Positions 40,246-59,170 of a stretch of 64,000 bases of DNA are shown one piece after another. This DNA is from the human T2T-CHM13v2.0 reference genome, Homo sapiens. Location of the stretch: the NCBI RefSeq assembly GCF_009914755.1, contig NC_060930.1. One strand, given 5' to 3'. A program made the position numbers and the translations under genes. Numbering within the stretch: the stretch's first letter is position 1; every line of letters begins with the position of its first letter. The notes beneath the pieces were generated by a model. That model searched no databases and was not told where the DNA came from. It worked only from the letters and a program-made list of their open reading frames with translations.

Positions 40246-41831
40246 ATATCCTATTGGTTCTGTTTCTCTGAAGAAGCCTGATTAATACAGGAAACAAGCT
40301 ATTTGAGTCTCAGGAAGCCTGAGGGACATGTTCCTGAGAGGAAACAACACCAACAGCAAGTGGGACACCTCTTCAACAGTTTGCCAGAGAGGAAACAAAT
40401 GTAGAAGTTCCTAGAAGTCACGGCATTCAGATTAATGTCAGCATCGAGTTCTTGCCTATAATTCAGGTTGGGATGATATAAACACATAAATAAGGGCATA
40501 ACACATTATCATATGAAAAGCATAGACAAGAAGTAGACACACATGAGGGGCAAGGGAGGTTTTTCATGTGTGTGCATGTGTGATATGTGTGTGTAAAGGA
40601 AGGTACACAGTTGATAGGGTATTGAGATTAAATAGGCCAATTCTACAAAAGGCTTAGAACAGTGCCTGGAACATAGTGAACATGATATAAGAGCTTGTTA
40701 AACAAACAAACAAACAAATGAATAAATAAATGTAGACTCGAGTTCAAGTTAGGAAAGCTGGGGAAACACCAACATGAGTATATTTCTCCTTCTTCTCATA
40801 CCAGATTGACTGGGGCAGCCCTGAAGAAACAGTTCAGGATTAGAGAAGGTTCAGGTGCTTAGAATATTCCTGAAAGTCTGTCCCAGAGCAGCCTGATACA
40901 GGCACATGATTGATTCATCTCCGGGTAGCTGCTCTGTGTTGTATGCCACAAAGAAATACAGGTAACTCTCTCAGAACAATTTTTTAAGGGTAGAGGGAGT
41001 GGAGAGATGCCCATTATGTTTGCTTTGCACCAAGCACTGGAAACTTAATTCAAAAGGTAGGGTCCATTGGGTCTAGGTATGTGCAGATAGTGATAACCTA
41101 AAATGGTTCTTTAACCTAGGATGTTTTTGAAGACCAAATAATTTGTTGAAAATGCTTCAACTTGCTCTCCATCCTAAGATTGCAAAAAGGCATAGATTTT
41201 GATGTCAGGCCACAGTCTCTCCTCTTGCAGGAGCTACTGGAAGCCTCAGTCATAGTCGGACCCACAGAAAGAGAGCTAGTCCTGTCTGATACTTGGGTGT
41301 GTTTGTGTTGTTCTTGTCCTCAGCTTGTCTTTCTGTGTAGACGTTTGCTTCTTGATGCCTCCTCATCACTGCCGGAGAGTTCTTGATCTTTGCGTGCTAA
41401 TGGTGGGCACAGGAACAAGATGCTTTAGCTCTCTGAATTTCTAACCTGAGCCTTCTTAGTGTGTGGTTTCTCTGGTGTCTATTCTTTTCCATACTGTGGC
41501 CATGGGAGGAAAGTTTTAAAGCCCTTTAGGAGCTACTTGGAGACAGATTTCTGGGTTGGGCAGCCCTGAAATACTTGTATTGATGGGAAACATTCTCCAA
41601 GCAACAGTTTAGGAAATTAAATTTACTACTCAGTGTCCAATGATAGAGATCTTATAGGATCTGAAGCTTTCCTCTGATGGTTGAGAGCTCCCCTGGGGTT
41701 CACAGGGATTCCTGATGTAGAATTCCAGTGATCTGGGGAAAGTTTAAAAGGTCATGCCTCATCCAGGACCACAGAATCTGTGGTTCTTGTCCAGCCATGT
41801 GGCACATACTCCACAACATCTGTCAAGTTCA

Positions 41832-42282
<451 letters not shown>

Positions 42283-42291
42283 TTACCATAG

Positions 42292-42612
<321 letters not shown>

Positions 42613-44143
42613 GATTCTCCAATTTTCTAATTCTTAATTCCTTCTTCTGTGCCCAGCTGGATACCAGAACCCTCTTTTCTGATATCACCAATCTATATAT
42701 GTAACTTTTTCTGGCTTGAAATTTACATTCCTGAAGCTTTCCCTGATTAATATTTTTGAATTTAAAAATTTAGTCAACATCCTTTTTGGTATTTTAAAAT
42801 TTCCTACGTATTGGATAGTATGATGTTTATCACACAACAAGCATTCAATGAGTACACATGACCCAAGTAATGATAGATATGCCCAATAAATACTATTGAT
42901 AACACCAGTAAGCCATCAAATTAAACAAGCAATTTCGTGAGCAAAATTATGTTATCCAAGGAATTACAGGGAAAGGGAACTATTAGCTATATCAGTTCTT
43001 TTAAATTGCAGATATGTAGAAAGTAGTATCTTAATAAGGTACTTGCCTAGAAATAGATATTGGCAGGGATATCACAATGATTTTGTAGAAAAATACCATA
43101 GCTTCTGCTAAATCTTTTCATTGGAATCTGTTCTCATTCTCTAGTATGCAATGTGTATCTCTTTTAAGCTTTCAATTACCTGAAAGAAAGCTTCACATCC
43201 AGGGTATGAAAGCGTTTGCTAGCAAAGATTGCTTGAGAATAAATGTGAGATAAGAAAATGTGCTGGGAAGTCCACGATTCACCTTCACAAAGGGCTAGTT
43301 TTAGTGGACCTCCAGGAGGAGCTGTGATGGTAATTGCTCTGAGGACATAACCCGTGGCTTAATCATATCTGGAGCACTGGCACCTAGCCCAAGGCCATGC
43401 TCAGAGAGAGCACTCTGATGGTTTGGAGTAAATGAAGGCATATTTTCATTAGCTTGGATATCATCTTTTTGGTGCCTTGAGTGTGGCATAGAATACGATC
43501 TTGTTTATAACAGAAAAGAATGATAAAGCCTCACGATAGATTTTGTGAAGTCATTTTTTAAAATGCCATAATTTAGCTGTGTAAGTGATAACAATTTTAA
43601 ATTTGTGGGGGTTTTTTTTGGTAAAAATAGCATACCAATAATCGTACTAGTACATATATAGCACTTATGTGTCAGGTACTTCTTTTAACAAAATTAATTC
43701 TAAAAACTAGCATAGCAATAATAGTACTTGCTTTTAAAAAAATATATCAGACACTGCTTTTAAATTGACTGTTTCTAACAATAGCCCTATGACTAGATAG
43801 TCCCATTTTATAGTTGGGGAAGCTGAGACACAGAGGTGGTGATTTTTCCATAGCTAAGTGGCAGAGGTAGGATTTGAAGTTGGAAAATCTAGCTCAAGAA
43901 TCCATGCTATTAGCGAGTAATTTCTATAGCCTCACATGCTGGTGAGACTCTATCTATACCATTGAGTGAAGACAGGAACTGGTTTCATACTCAGACATAA
44001 AATGAATGGTTACTGGTCTATCAATTAGGTACATCAACAGTATGACAATAACTTGGAATGGATCAGGGGCACCCAAAGGTCTTGTTAAAGTCATTTTTAA
44101 ACATCTGAAGAGCATCAAAAAGAGAAAGGATGGGAGGGAGCAG

Positions 44144-44207
44144 GGATGGAGATACACTTTGAAGTAAGATTCATATGAACTTTCATAACTCTTCGGGTAA
44201 GGGTAAT
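44144..44207 (+). repeat. Copy 1 of a ~64-bp dispersed direct repeat (copy 2 at 45657-45721)
   Basis: GGATGGAGATACACTTTG(A/G)AGTAAGATTCATATGAACTTTCATAA...GGGTAAGGGTAAT. Confidence 0.95.
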
Positions 44208-45213
44208 CTGCCAGACCATTAATGTAGGACAATGTACATTATTTTTTCTTGGCTGAAGATGAAAATCCTAGCAGATGGACAAAGAAGAATTGAGCATTCA
44301 GGAAAAGCTTAAATGGTGATCCTCTTGGGATATAAGAAGCTGGACACATTGCGCATTATAGATAGGTGTGATAAAAATCACAGCATACACCTGTGAACTT
44401 TGAATTAACCAGGAAGCTAATACACGTTCTTGCACTGATAAATTTCTGAGCTAAGATAATTAGCAAGAAGGGACAAAGAGACAACTAGAAATGCCACTCT
44501 AAGATTTCACTGAGTGAAAAAAGATTCCTTCCTTAAATCTTACAAGAAAAATACAGTTTTGATTAAAATTAAGGTAAGATTTTTTGTAACATATTTCAGT
44601 AAGTTTTATACAAGTCTTACAAGCAATGAGTATTTATAAAACTTTAAAGAAAACCTAGAAGGATTTTAATCCTGCAAAGCTGTGTATAGATAAATTTTAG
44701 CATATCTTATCATTTAATGGGGGGACTGCAATTATTCTAGATGTTATTTTTGATCTTTTAATTCCTCACATTGTTTCTGATACTACTTCTTTAATTTTCT
44801 GTTCAATAGCCATGAGCCTTTTTGAAATAATAATATTGTCGACCCCCAGTTGTATGTGCCCAAGGAGATGGCAAACTTGAGAAACAAGAATAATCCTTTC
44901 AGCTGGTTTAAAGCTGAGCCCTCACTCTTGGAATTAAGAAACTGACAAAGGATGCAAGTTCTTGGTTTAAGGAGCCAATGGTATGATGTGTTTCTTGTTG
45001 GGCTTGGAGTATAGGTGCAGGGTATTGTGTGGGGGTTTCTTGCTCTGGTCACAGATTCTACTGAATCTCAAATACCAGTTAGTTTGGGGTATGCTCCTGT
45101 CCCTGACAGTGTGCCAGTGGAATGACAAGAATATTATTGTGAAGAGCACATTTTCTTCATGGAGTTTCTTATTTCACTGATACACAAAACCCCACAATGG
45201 TAGCTCTGACCTG

Positions 45214-45638
45214 GTGTGGTCAATGCTGAATGTGCCCCAGCTCCTCATAGCCCCTGCTTCAGGATGGAGGTGCTCATTCCCTCAGCTGCTGGGAGTGATG
45301 GCTGACAGCTTGTAGTGGAGTAATCCCTCCTGGTAATTGCCCTTGGCTGAAGAGAGGCATTGGGCCCCTTTCTGGGGGTAGCCTGCACTCGATGACTGAC
45401 ATATGAGAACATAAAGACCCTGCCTCTTAATTTGGATTGGAACAACTCTGCAGGGTCATCTCAGCTTCAGAGCATCCCGTGGGGGTCAGTTGAGGCTTTT
45501 GTGATGCCTGAATGTAGTCCAGCTTCTCCTTCTGTCCAATCCTGTTTCCTCTACTCTCCCATAGGTGTGGTTCCCAGGGACCCTCCCAAATACACTTCCA
45601 ATCTGTTTCTGGAGGACCTGACCTGTAACTCCTGACAA
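45214..45638 (+). mobile_element. Solo ERVL LTR (LTR16C-like)
   Basis: CCCTCAGCTGCTGGGAGTG...CCCTTGGCTGAAGAGAG...AGCTTCTCCTTCTGTCCAATCCTG. Confidence 0.8.
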
Positions 45639-48455
45639 TATGTTCTGAATGCTGAAGGATGGAGATACACTTTGGAGTAAGATTCATATGAACTTTCATA
45701 AATTCTTGGGGTAAGGGTAATATATTTTTTACTTACTTAAACTCTTTCCCCAGTCCCTTCCTTCCTCAAGTTCCCTAGTCTTAATTGATTCCTAAATTGT
45801 ACACATAGGCTTTAAAAATTTGACATTCTTTTTTTCTGATGGAAGATATAATTCGTCTTTAATGTAAAAAATTCAAACGTGAAGTATATACATATACATG
45901 CTTGAGTGCACATCAAATAGCCATCATTTACTTGAAGGTCTAATGTAGCCTCTGCATCCTCACACAGCTCTGAACATTGAATAGCTCTGCTCTGAGCTAT
46001 TCAAAGGTCTGTGTATGACCTTTACACCTGGAATAATACTTCTGAAGATAGATGGGCATTGACAATAAGAATAATAGTACTATATGGAATTAGTTTACAA
46101 AGCACTTTCAACCCATTATATTGATTTATTTCACCGCATCCTTGAGAAAGCCTGGCCATGTTAGCCCTATTTAATATATGGGGAGTAACTTGCTGAAGTG
46201 GGTTATAGGAAATTTCTTCTGACAAGCTCCAATTTCTGTTACCAGCCAATGGACTCAAGCCCCTCATTCAAAGAAAACACCAGAAGAGACTTGGTGTTTT
46301 GTGAAATGGCACATTCCAAAATCTCTGTCACTGAGAAAAGGATGTAAGCTCAGGATCAAAGCATCGTCTTCAAAGAAGGGTAAGGTACTTGTTAAATAAC
46401 TCCTGGCAATTGCTTAAGCACCAGGCATTGTAATTTCAGATAGTAGGAACAGAACTAAAAATAGAGAAGTGGATAGGGACAGGACCAGAGACATCATTGT
46501 CACTCAAACTTGAATGTCATTTTTGACAGCATTCGAGCAATTGATTCTTGATTCTCCACATTAGGAATTTAGTAGTCACGTTTTGCTGTGACAGCCCTAG
46601 GAGAAGAGAAGGGGCAGGACCCTGGGAAGAGTATAAAGAATGGAGGGTGAGAATTATTATCAGCCTGTGGTGCCTCTTTCTAGTCACGGTTCCTTTGATG
46701 GAAAAAAAAGGGCGGCGGGGTGGGGGATGAGAAGGAGCAGAAAGCTATTCAAGCTAGCTCCAATTTCCTGAAATGTTAAAGAGAAATCTCATGGACAGGA
46801 TATGCAATCAGTCCCTGTGAAAGATTGGACCTGAGAACCAGAAAGCCACCAGGAGCTAAGCCATTCTCTTTATCTTCAGGAGCTACAGAGATCTCTGTCT
46901 CTGAAAATCTTCATCCTTTCTCCTAAACCTGCTTCCTCTGCATACTCATCTTGCTCACTTCCTCCCACGCAGCTCCCAGTCCACCTTAGTCTCATGATTT
47001 CCAAGCTCCAGTAGTCATTGGCAATTGATGACAGTCTCTGTGTCTCCTGGGCAAATTGTTATAAGGAGAAGACTGATCAGTCCAGATCACGTGTTGCTTC
47101 ACATTGGAGCAGCTGCTTTGGGGTTAGATGTCTAACCCTGGTACACTCAGCCATGGTTGGAGGAGATGGGGAGGGTGGTTATGGGGTAGGGAGTGATGCT
47201 CTTTCTAGGTAACCTGGCAGACTAGATTCTCCAGAAGGGGCCATGAGTAGGGCAGGCAAGGAGACCTGTTTATTATATCCTTGCTGACCCATGTTTCCAT
47301 CCTGTTCTGAATCATGTTCCATGAGCTAGTCTAGTATATAGAAGTTGGGTAATCATAGCAGGGAGTCATTGTGTAGAGTGTGGCATCTGCTCTAAATGGG
47401 TTTATCATCTGGTTGATGCAATAAGGCACACGCCCAAGAAAAGGAAAACCTATCAGGCAGTGCCTACTGAGCATCAGATGACTGGCATGGGCATTATGGG
47501 TTTTAAACATTTAGAGGAGGAGAGATCATAGTGGCTAAGCGCAAGAAGTATTGCCCAAGAGAGGTGGGGATGGAAATGGGTCTTGAGGGGTGGGAAGGAT
47601 TTGGAGAGAAAGAGGGGAGGAGAGGAGAATAGGAATACATGACACATGCCCAGGGCACAGTGAATAGACCAAACTATTTTAAGCATAAGCTGTGTGTTGG
47701 AAAGTACAGAAAGGTATGTTAGGGAAAATAGGTAGAAATGAAATTGTGTAGGACTTTGAATACCAAACTAAATAGTTTGGATTTTATTCTGAACATTGTG
47801 TGAATGGTGCTTGCTAAGGGCATGGCATGGTCAGGGCCATGCTCTAGGATCACCCTCTGCAGTGGAGGAGGCCAGAGATTATGGGGAGACCATTACAATG
47901 TGACCAGTATCATGGGCAATAGGCTCGAATATGAGGAGATAAGGTCAAAAGGCTTTGGAAAGAAAAGGAAATCTCTGTTATTTAAAGTCTCGGTTGCCGG
48001 TTGACTGTGTCCAGGGAAGCAACTGCCAGAAGCTGTGGTCTTTAGCTACCTGCAACCCAAATGTCTCTGGCTGCTGCAGCCTGTGAGTGAAAATACCACC
48101 ACATAAAAATTAGCACCCAGATATTAAGAACTCTGAGCTCCCATGTACACATAGTCTCCATAGAGTTCTTCTTTTGACCAGAGAGCTTGGATGAAAAATC
48201 TAGTAAATTGGCAGAAAAGGAGTCTATCAGAAGCATATCTAATTGCTCATACATGGATGGGAAGTGTGGGAAAACTGGCTGGGAAAATAACAGCCAAGTT
48301 CATGTCATCCATCCTTCCCAATGAACCCTTGACTCCACTGTCATAGCCATGAATAAACTCCTTCCAGAGCCAAAGTCTTACGTGGGCATCTGATTGACTG
48401 AGTCTAGGTCATCTTCGTAAGCCCTGGATTGTAGTGAATTACAGGAGGGAAATCA

Positions 48456-48757
<302 letters not shown>

Positions 48758-49137
48758 GGGGGACATTTTAACTCTTTTATTGTTTAACTCAGCCCCTTTT
48801 AACTTTTACAGAGGGACAGATGGGGCTGTGTCTCCCACTAGGACCTACACTCTTGGTGATATTCTGAATAAGGAAGAGCGGCCAGATGCTGGACAGTGAA
48901 GGCAAACTTCCATCATGCTTCTTCCTCATCTTTCAAAGAGTCCAAGACAGGGACTCATATGCCTGCACTGTTATTCTGAGTTAGCCTCTTGCTCTCATTG
49001 CTGGTTAAGCTGGAGTCCTTAGTTCTGGCTTTGATAGTGAGCTCATCCTTCATATTCAACACATTACCAAGTTCAACCATCAACATTTACTTCCACCACA
49101 GTTCACTTCTGCCCTTCTCTATTTCCATACCCCTAGT

Positions 49138-49632
49138 CCAGAAGTTCTCAAGCTTTAGGGTACATGATAATCAACTGGAGGAGTTGTTAATATACCTATC
49201 TCTGGCTCTCATCCTCAGAGTTTCTTTTTTAAAACTTATTTTTAGAGACAAGGTCTGGCTCTGTCTCTAAAAATAAGGCTAGAGTGCATTTGCAAGATCA
49301 CGGATCACTGCCACCTTGACCTCCCAGAGTAAAGCAATCCTCCTGTCTCAGCCTCCTGAGTAGCTGGGACTACAGGTGTGAACCATCACACTTATTTTTG
49401 TCTAGATGGGGTCTCAGTATGTTGCCCAGGCTGGTCTTGAACTCTTGGGCTCAAGTGATCCTCCTGCCTTGGCTTCCTAAAGTTTTGGGATTACAGGTGC
49501 CAGCCATTGTGCCTGGTCTCTCTCAGAGTTTCTGATTCAGTGGGTCTGGGGTAGGGCCTGAGAATTTGCGTTTATAATAAGTTGCTGGATGCTGCTGCTG
49601 CTGGTCCAGGGGCCCCACTTTGAGAACCACTT
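49138..49632. mobile_element. MER5A split by an antisense AluJ (49225-49518)
   Basis: TTCTGATTCAGTGGGTCTGGGGTAGGGCCTGAGAATTTG...CACTTTGAGAACCACT; TSD CTCAGAGTTTCT. Confidence 0.9.
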
Positions 49633-49639
49633 TCTTGGT

Positions 49640-50215
49640 CTGAGCCATCATCATCACTTATTTGGACTATCACTTTGGCTTCCTAACTAATCTACTTCCA
49701 CTTTTACCTGCATTCTCCTTACAGCAGCCAGAATGATCTTTCAGAAGTGTAAATCATATCATGTCTTTCCCTGATTAAAACTTTTCAGCGGCTTCTGATC
49801 CCCTCCTTAACATGGTCTGTGAGGCCCTGCAAGACTTAGCTTCTGCCAGCTCCACAAACCCACCTCACCAGCTTCAGCTACTCTGCCTTCTGTTCTCCCA
49901 CCTCTGGAATGCTTGACCTTCTAGGGGAGACTGGCTGGCCCTTTCTCATCCTTGAAGATTAAGCTCAGATATTACCCTCTTCTAAGGCAATCCTTGAACA
50001 CCCAGTCTGAAGTGGCCTCACCCTTGTTTTTTCCCTTCATTGTAGTTATCACAATATTAATTATCTTATGTATTTGTTATTCTATTTATTGCTGTCTCTT
50101 CCACTAAGATTGTAAGTTCCTTGAGGGCAGGGTCCTTGTCTTCTCAGTCTTCCTAGCACCTTCTATAGTGTCTGGCACAGCAGTAAGAACTCAATAAATA
50201 TTTGGGGAATAAATA
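49640..50215 (+). mobile_element. L2 3' end
   Basis: ACAGCAGCCAGAATGATCTT...TGTAAGTTCCTTGAGGGCAGGG...CTCAATAAATATTTG. Confidence 0.85.
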
Positions 50216-50242
50216 TATCTGTATTTGCTTGAAATGGACAAG

Positions 50243-50666
50243 TGATATGGTTTGGCTCTGTGTCTCCAACCAAATGTCATGTTGAATTGTGATTCCCAGT
50301 GTTGGAAGAGGGACCTGCTGGGAGGTGATTGGATCATGGGGGCAGATTTCCCCCTTGTTGTTCTTGTGATAGTGAGTGAGTTCTCATGAGATCTGTTGGT
50401 TTAAACACGTGTGGCACTTCCCTCTTTGTGCTCTCTCTCTCACTCTCTCTCTCTTCCTCCCTCCCTCCCTCTCCTCTGCCACCAGATGACGACATGCTTG
50501 CTTCCTCTTCACCCTTCTGCCGTAATTGTAAGTTTTTTGAGGCCTCCCAACCATGCTTTATGCTTTCTGTACAGCCTGAGGAACTGTGAGTCAATTAAAC
50601 CTCTTTCCTTCATAAATTACCCAGCTCAGGTAGTTCTTTATAGCAGTGTGAGAACAGACTAATACA
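50243..50666 (+). mobile_element. MSTA solo LTR
   Basis: TGATATGGTTTGGCTCTGTGTC...GAACAGACTAATACA; 5-bp TSD ACAAG. Confidence 0.95.
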
Positions 50667-52067
50667 ACAAGGTTCACGTATTTTTCCTGTAAGGCCCCCA
50701 AAGTTCTGCATACATCAGTGGATGCAAATAGATGCTTTGAGGAGGAATATCACCATCTCCAGCTGTCAGGCTGATCGAGTCTGATTGGCGCCCACTAGGA
50801 TTTCCCTTACACATGTAACATGTGGGCTGCTGGAGGCAAAGGTAATGTTTAGTAGACCTCATTCCTCATATCAGATCCAACCTTCCTTGTCATCTCTTCT
50901 GACTGTCTTTCTGTTTCTGCTGGTTTGCTCAGAGCCTGTCACTGCAGCACCTAATCAGGCCGATCTCTTTAGCACTGACCTAGTCTGGTGTTGGACTTCT
51001 CTCCTTGTTATCAAAACATACCTCCCTCTTTCCTCAGTTCATGAAGTTGGAAGACACTTCTCTGCTACTGTGTGGTGATGGGGGCGTTAGTGGGGTAAAC
51101 AGTTTAACTGTTTTAACTTCATTCGTGGTTAAGAGGTACCAGGGGCCCTCTGATAATAAAACACAGCTAAGATGTATCTAAGGCTTATAGGAAGCAACAA
51201 TAAACCATTTTTGACTGTGCAGGAATTTAAGTTTTTATATAAGAATATACTTCATTTTGGATTTTGTACAAAGATTTAACATGTTGAAATTTTAAAATAT
51301 TATTTGAATAGTAAGGTTGTGAAATCATACAAAGTGAAATTTAAAAGATCCTGAAAAACAAGTTGGAAAATAGCTTTATATTGATCAGCCGAGAGTTTGA
51401 CATTTGCCTCTTTGACATGGCATATACTGATGCAATAGGAAACATTGCATTACCACACAAAAAAAGTTTATTTACAGACCTCAGAGTTGCATTCAGTAAC
51501 ATTCTTGGCCAAGATCAAAACGTGGAACGTTTTTTCCATTCAGAAAAGCAGAATCACTTAGCCTGAGTCATGACTGCCCACTTTTTCCCATATGGTTGAA
51601 ATACTGTCTGTTGGCTGAGGTTGACAATTTAAAGACTTTGTGGCTGATTAGTTCTAACTATGGTAGCAATTGAGAAAGGTAACGTTAGGTACTATTAAGA
51701 AGGAGATATCTGGCTTGTTGAAAAATACAAATCAAACACTGTAGCAAATATTTGGTAAGGGAGAAAAAAGCTGAAATAATGAAAACTGGCTGGCATCCCC
51801 AGTACCTCTCTCCCCATCCAATAATCACAAATCCCCCTGATTCTTTCTTTGTCTGGCTCTTAGAGTTAACACATTCTATCTGTTTTAAAAGTTCACACCC
51901 TAGTCTGGTGCCTGGCATTGATTCAAGCTTCTCTGCCTCATGGCTATTGATCAGTCTTCTTAGAACAACATTTTTATAGCCCTCCCTTCTGATCAAGATT
52001 TGTCTCTGGGGATAGTAGGCAAACTCCCACTCCCTGGTATGGCATCAATAACCCTACATCACATGTG

Positions 52068-52960
<893 letters not shown>

Positions 52961-54164
52961 AGAGGCCTGTCACATGGTTTTGACATACCTCCACCTTTGT
53001 TCTCACTTTTCTTTTTTGACGCCTCTTCTCAAGGTAGGCAGTTTCCTAGCACAGTCCCTGTGTGGACCCAAGCTGTATCTCCCTGCAAGCTGAACACAAA
53101 ATGCTTCTCCTCTTCCCCACCACCATGCCCTTCTCTAAGTATCAACTCAAGCTCTTCCCCCTACTGATAATAAATCCCAGCACCTGCAATCTGGAAGTGA
53201 AAAAGTAATTACAACGATGTGCCTCAAGTCTTTGCTTTTTTCTCTTAACAAAGCAAATGACATCACATTCTAAAAACGCTCTTTCCTTATCACTCTCAGC
53301 TTCTTCCATATGGATGGCACCAGCTCCCTAAGAATCAATCTTTCTCTCTTTTCTTGTTAAATTCCAACCTCTTCAGCCTCAACACTCAGACTTTCTGTCT
53401 CTCTGCCTTGTCCACCAGGTAAATCCTTCTTTATATGATCAACTTACCCTCTTAGGTTTTCAAAGTTTTTGCATTGTTTCCCCACTATATAAACTGTGCA
53501 CAATTGAGGACATCTGGCTGCTGACACAAAGGAAAGTCACTCTAAAAGCTAGGGACAGGGGCTAAATTGTGAATGCTTATGTATTAATAATTTCCCCACT
53601 TCTATATTCACCTTGGAAAAGATCACAACTTCTTTACATTGTAAGAATATTTTCACCAGATAAATCTAAGCTATGTGAGGGTAGATTTGGGGTCTCTTAC
53701 TGCTTTGCTTAGAACATCTCATTGTCAATAGCACAAATTCCTTGCCCTGGCATTCCAAACTCCTCATGCATTCATCTCGATCTTCCTTTCCAGTATTATT
53801 CCCCCTACCATCTCTCATGCCCTTTGTGCCCCAATGAATAGGAACACCAACTATTTCCCCAACTGTCCCCGAGTTTTCCTGTCATCATTTGCTCCTTCTT
53901 CCATTTATCCTGTTTACCCTCTTCTTGCACCTGTCCAGTTTCTGCCCATCTCTCAAGTTCAAAGTCAAATGCTGTTGTTTCCATAAAAATAGTTGTTGTG
54001 AAGATTAAACAATGTGTGCAAAAAGTTAGCATAGTGACTAGTATTGAGTAAGCACTAGATAAATAGCACATAATAAATGTTTTGCCCTGTATTATTATTC
54101 TTGTAAACGTCTTATTTATAATGTATAAGATTTTAGCCTTATTTGTTTTTACATGTCCTCCATA

Positions 54165-54535
54165 GGCTAAATCAGTTTGGACTCTTTTGGCAACTGAAAA
54201 CGCAACTCAAACTCACTTAAACAAAAGGTAGAATTCATTGAGTCACATAACTGAAAAGTCCAGGTGTTAGGCTGGCTTCTCCCTGTTTCTATAAACTCAG
54301 ATCTGCTTTCCTCTGTGTATTTTCATTCTCAGGCTCTTGAGGAGGTGAGATGGCTCCACTAGCCCCTGCCTCCCAGGTTCAGGTCTAGGAGAAGAAAGGG
54401 CTGGCTCCCCAGTAAACTCCACCAAAACCACACTGACCAAGAGAGAGGGAGGGTGGGATGGACATCCACACACAAATTGGAGGCTTATCAAAAGGAGGGT
54501 GAATGGATACTGGGGAGCCAAGAAATACCAAATGT
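54165..54535. mobile_element. Old MaLR LTR (MLT1K/L-like)
   Basis: CAACTCAAACTCACTTAAACAAAAGG...CACATAACTGAAAAGTCCAG. Confidence 0.6.
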
Positions 54536-54952
54536 TCACACTAGTGCCTTACATAAAGTAGATGCTCAGTAAATCTTTAGAGAATGAAATTTAATTAGTA
54601 TCCTCTTTAGTAGTCAGTGTGCAAGATTAATTATTTATCAAAGGATAGTTGAAAGGGGGAGGAAGGTAAAATTTGCTGAGCACCTACAATGTCATTTGCT
54701 TTAATCCAACAAATACTTGTGATATTATGCCCATTTTACAGATGAAGAAACTAAGGGTAAAGGGGTTAAGTAATCTTTCTGAGATTGTGCAAAGCTACTG
54801 CCTAGATCTGCCTGACCCAGAGGCCTGTGCTGTTTCCCAGGAGTTTATAGACCCTGCATTCTGGTTCTGGATGGCTATTTCTCTCTCTTCAATAATCACT
54901 GGGGGGATGACAAGGGCAATGCTACTGTCTTTCCCTGTAGACCATTTCATGG

Positions 54953-55262
54953 TTTTTTTTTTTTTTTTTTTTTAGACAAAGTCTTGCTTTGTCACCCAGG
55001 CTGGAGTGTAGTGCTGTGACCTCAGCTCACTGCAACCTTGATCTCCTGGGATCAAGTGATCTTCCAGCCTCAGCCTTCCGAGTAACTAGGACCATAGGTG
55101 CACAACACCACACTGGGCTAATTTTTTTGACTTCTGACTTTTAGTAGAGATGAGGTCTCTCTATGTTGCCCCAGCTGATCTTGAACTCCTGGGCTCAAGC
55201 AGTCCTCCCACCTCAGCCTCCCAAAGTGCTGGGATTACAGACGTGAGCCACCGCACCTGGAC
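54953..55262 (-). mobile_element. AluJ
   Basis: Antisense dimer with poly-T. Confidence 0.93.
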
Positions 55263-56299
55263 GTTTCATGTTGTGTAAATCTGAGGGTTAAGAAACTCCT
55301 TGACATTTCCATTATGTTAAGTGATCACATTTAACCCTTTTTGTCTTCCAGAGAAAGTGGAAAACCATTGAGTACTCTGTTTAAGAACACCTTCATGGAT
55401 TTGATGGTAGTAATTAAGTAGTCACTTAGTCTTTTCTTCGTTTATGTTAAAGGCAGTCAATCCTTTTCACCTTTCCTAGGGGAGCCTATTTGCAGATTCT
55501 TTGACATAGGAAACATTTTTGCTCAAGCTCCGGGCCTTACTTTTTTAAGCCAGAACATGACTTGGGGCAGTTCTCAGACCCCGGGTTTCTCCGCCCTCCA
55601 GAGAGGTCGGCAAGGAAATGGACTCAGGTGTGTTGACTATCTGCTTATCCTCGGCGGGACCTCTGGGCTTGCTGCCGAACTCTCTCTACTGCTATGACCT
55701 CTTGGCTCACCCCTCCGCATGCACACACACCACCACCAGCAATATATACTCACGCACACGCTCACACTCCCACCACAGCGACACACACCCCAGGCCCTTG
55801 CTGAAGCTGGGGTTTTGTTTCTTAGTGGCAGCCGCTAGACTCACCTTCTCTAAACTCCTGACACAAGGGAGCCGCCTGGGCTTCAGGTCTCTGGACCGCT
55901 GCAGATTTAAGTCATTCTTGCTTTGAATCCCTGGCAATCTAATCGCTTTGTTTCTATGCTCCCACAGGAGACAAGGGAGGAATGTGTTTTGCTGTTTTGG
56001 ATTTCAAGAAATGAAACAGAAACAAGAGCTGGTTTCTTGATAACTTTGTTCTTCTACGCTATGGTCTGTAGAATGATACAGTTTCTAGTTTAATTGGTCT
56101 GTGACCTGCAGACCCCTGTGTAAGACTCTTCCAGCTTTGAACATACCAAAGAAAATTTTAAAAGAAGAGGGGAGAAAAAAGGAGAAAAGTCTGCATATTG
56201 GGTAAAGGATGATTTTGTATGTGTGTGCTTTTCTATAGTTGCTAGGATTTCTGCAATGAACATGAGTTCACTTCGAAATCAGGAAAAACACTAATAAAT

Positions 56300-59170
<2,871 letters not shown>

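Noticed and set aside
46276-46300. 9-bp stem AAAACACCA/TGGTGTTTT and other 7-9-bp stems (e.g. ~51096)
   Set aside because: Short enough to be expected by chance in 64 kb.
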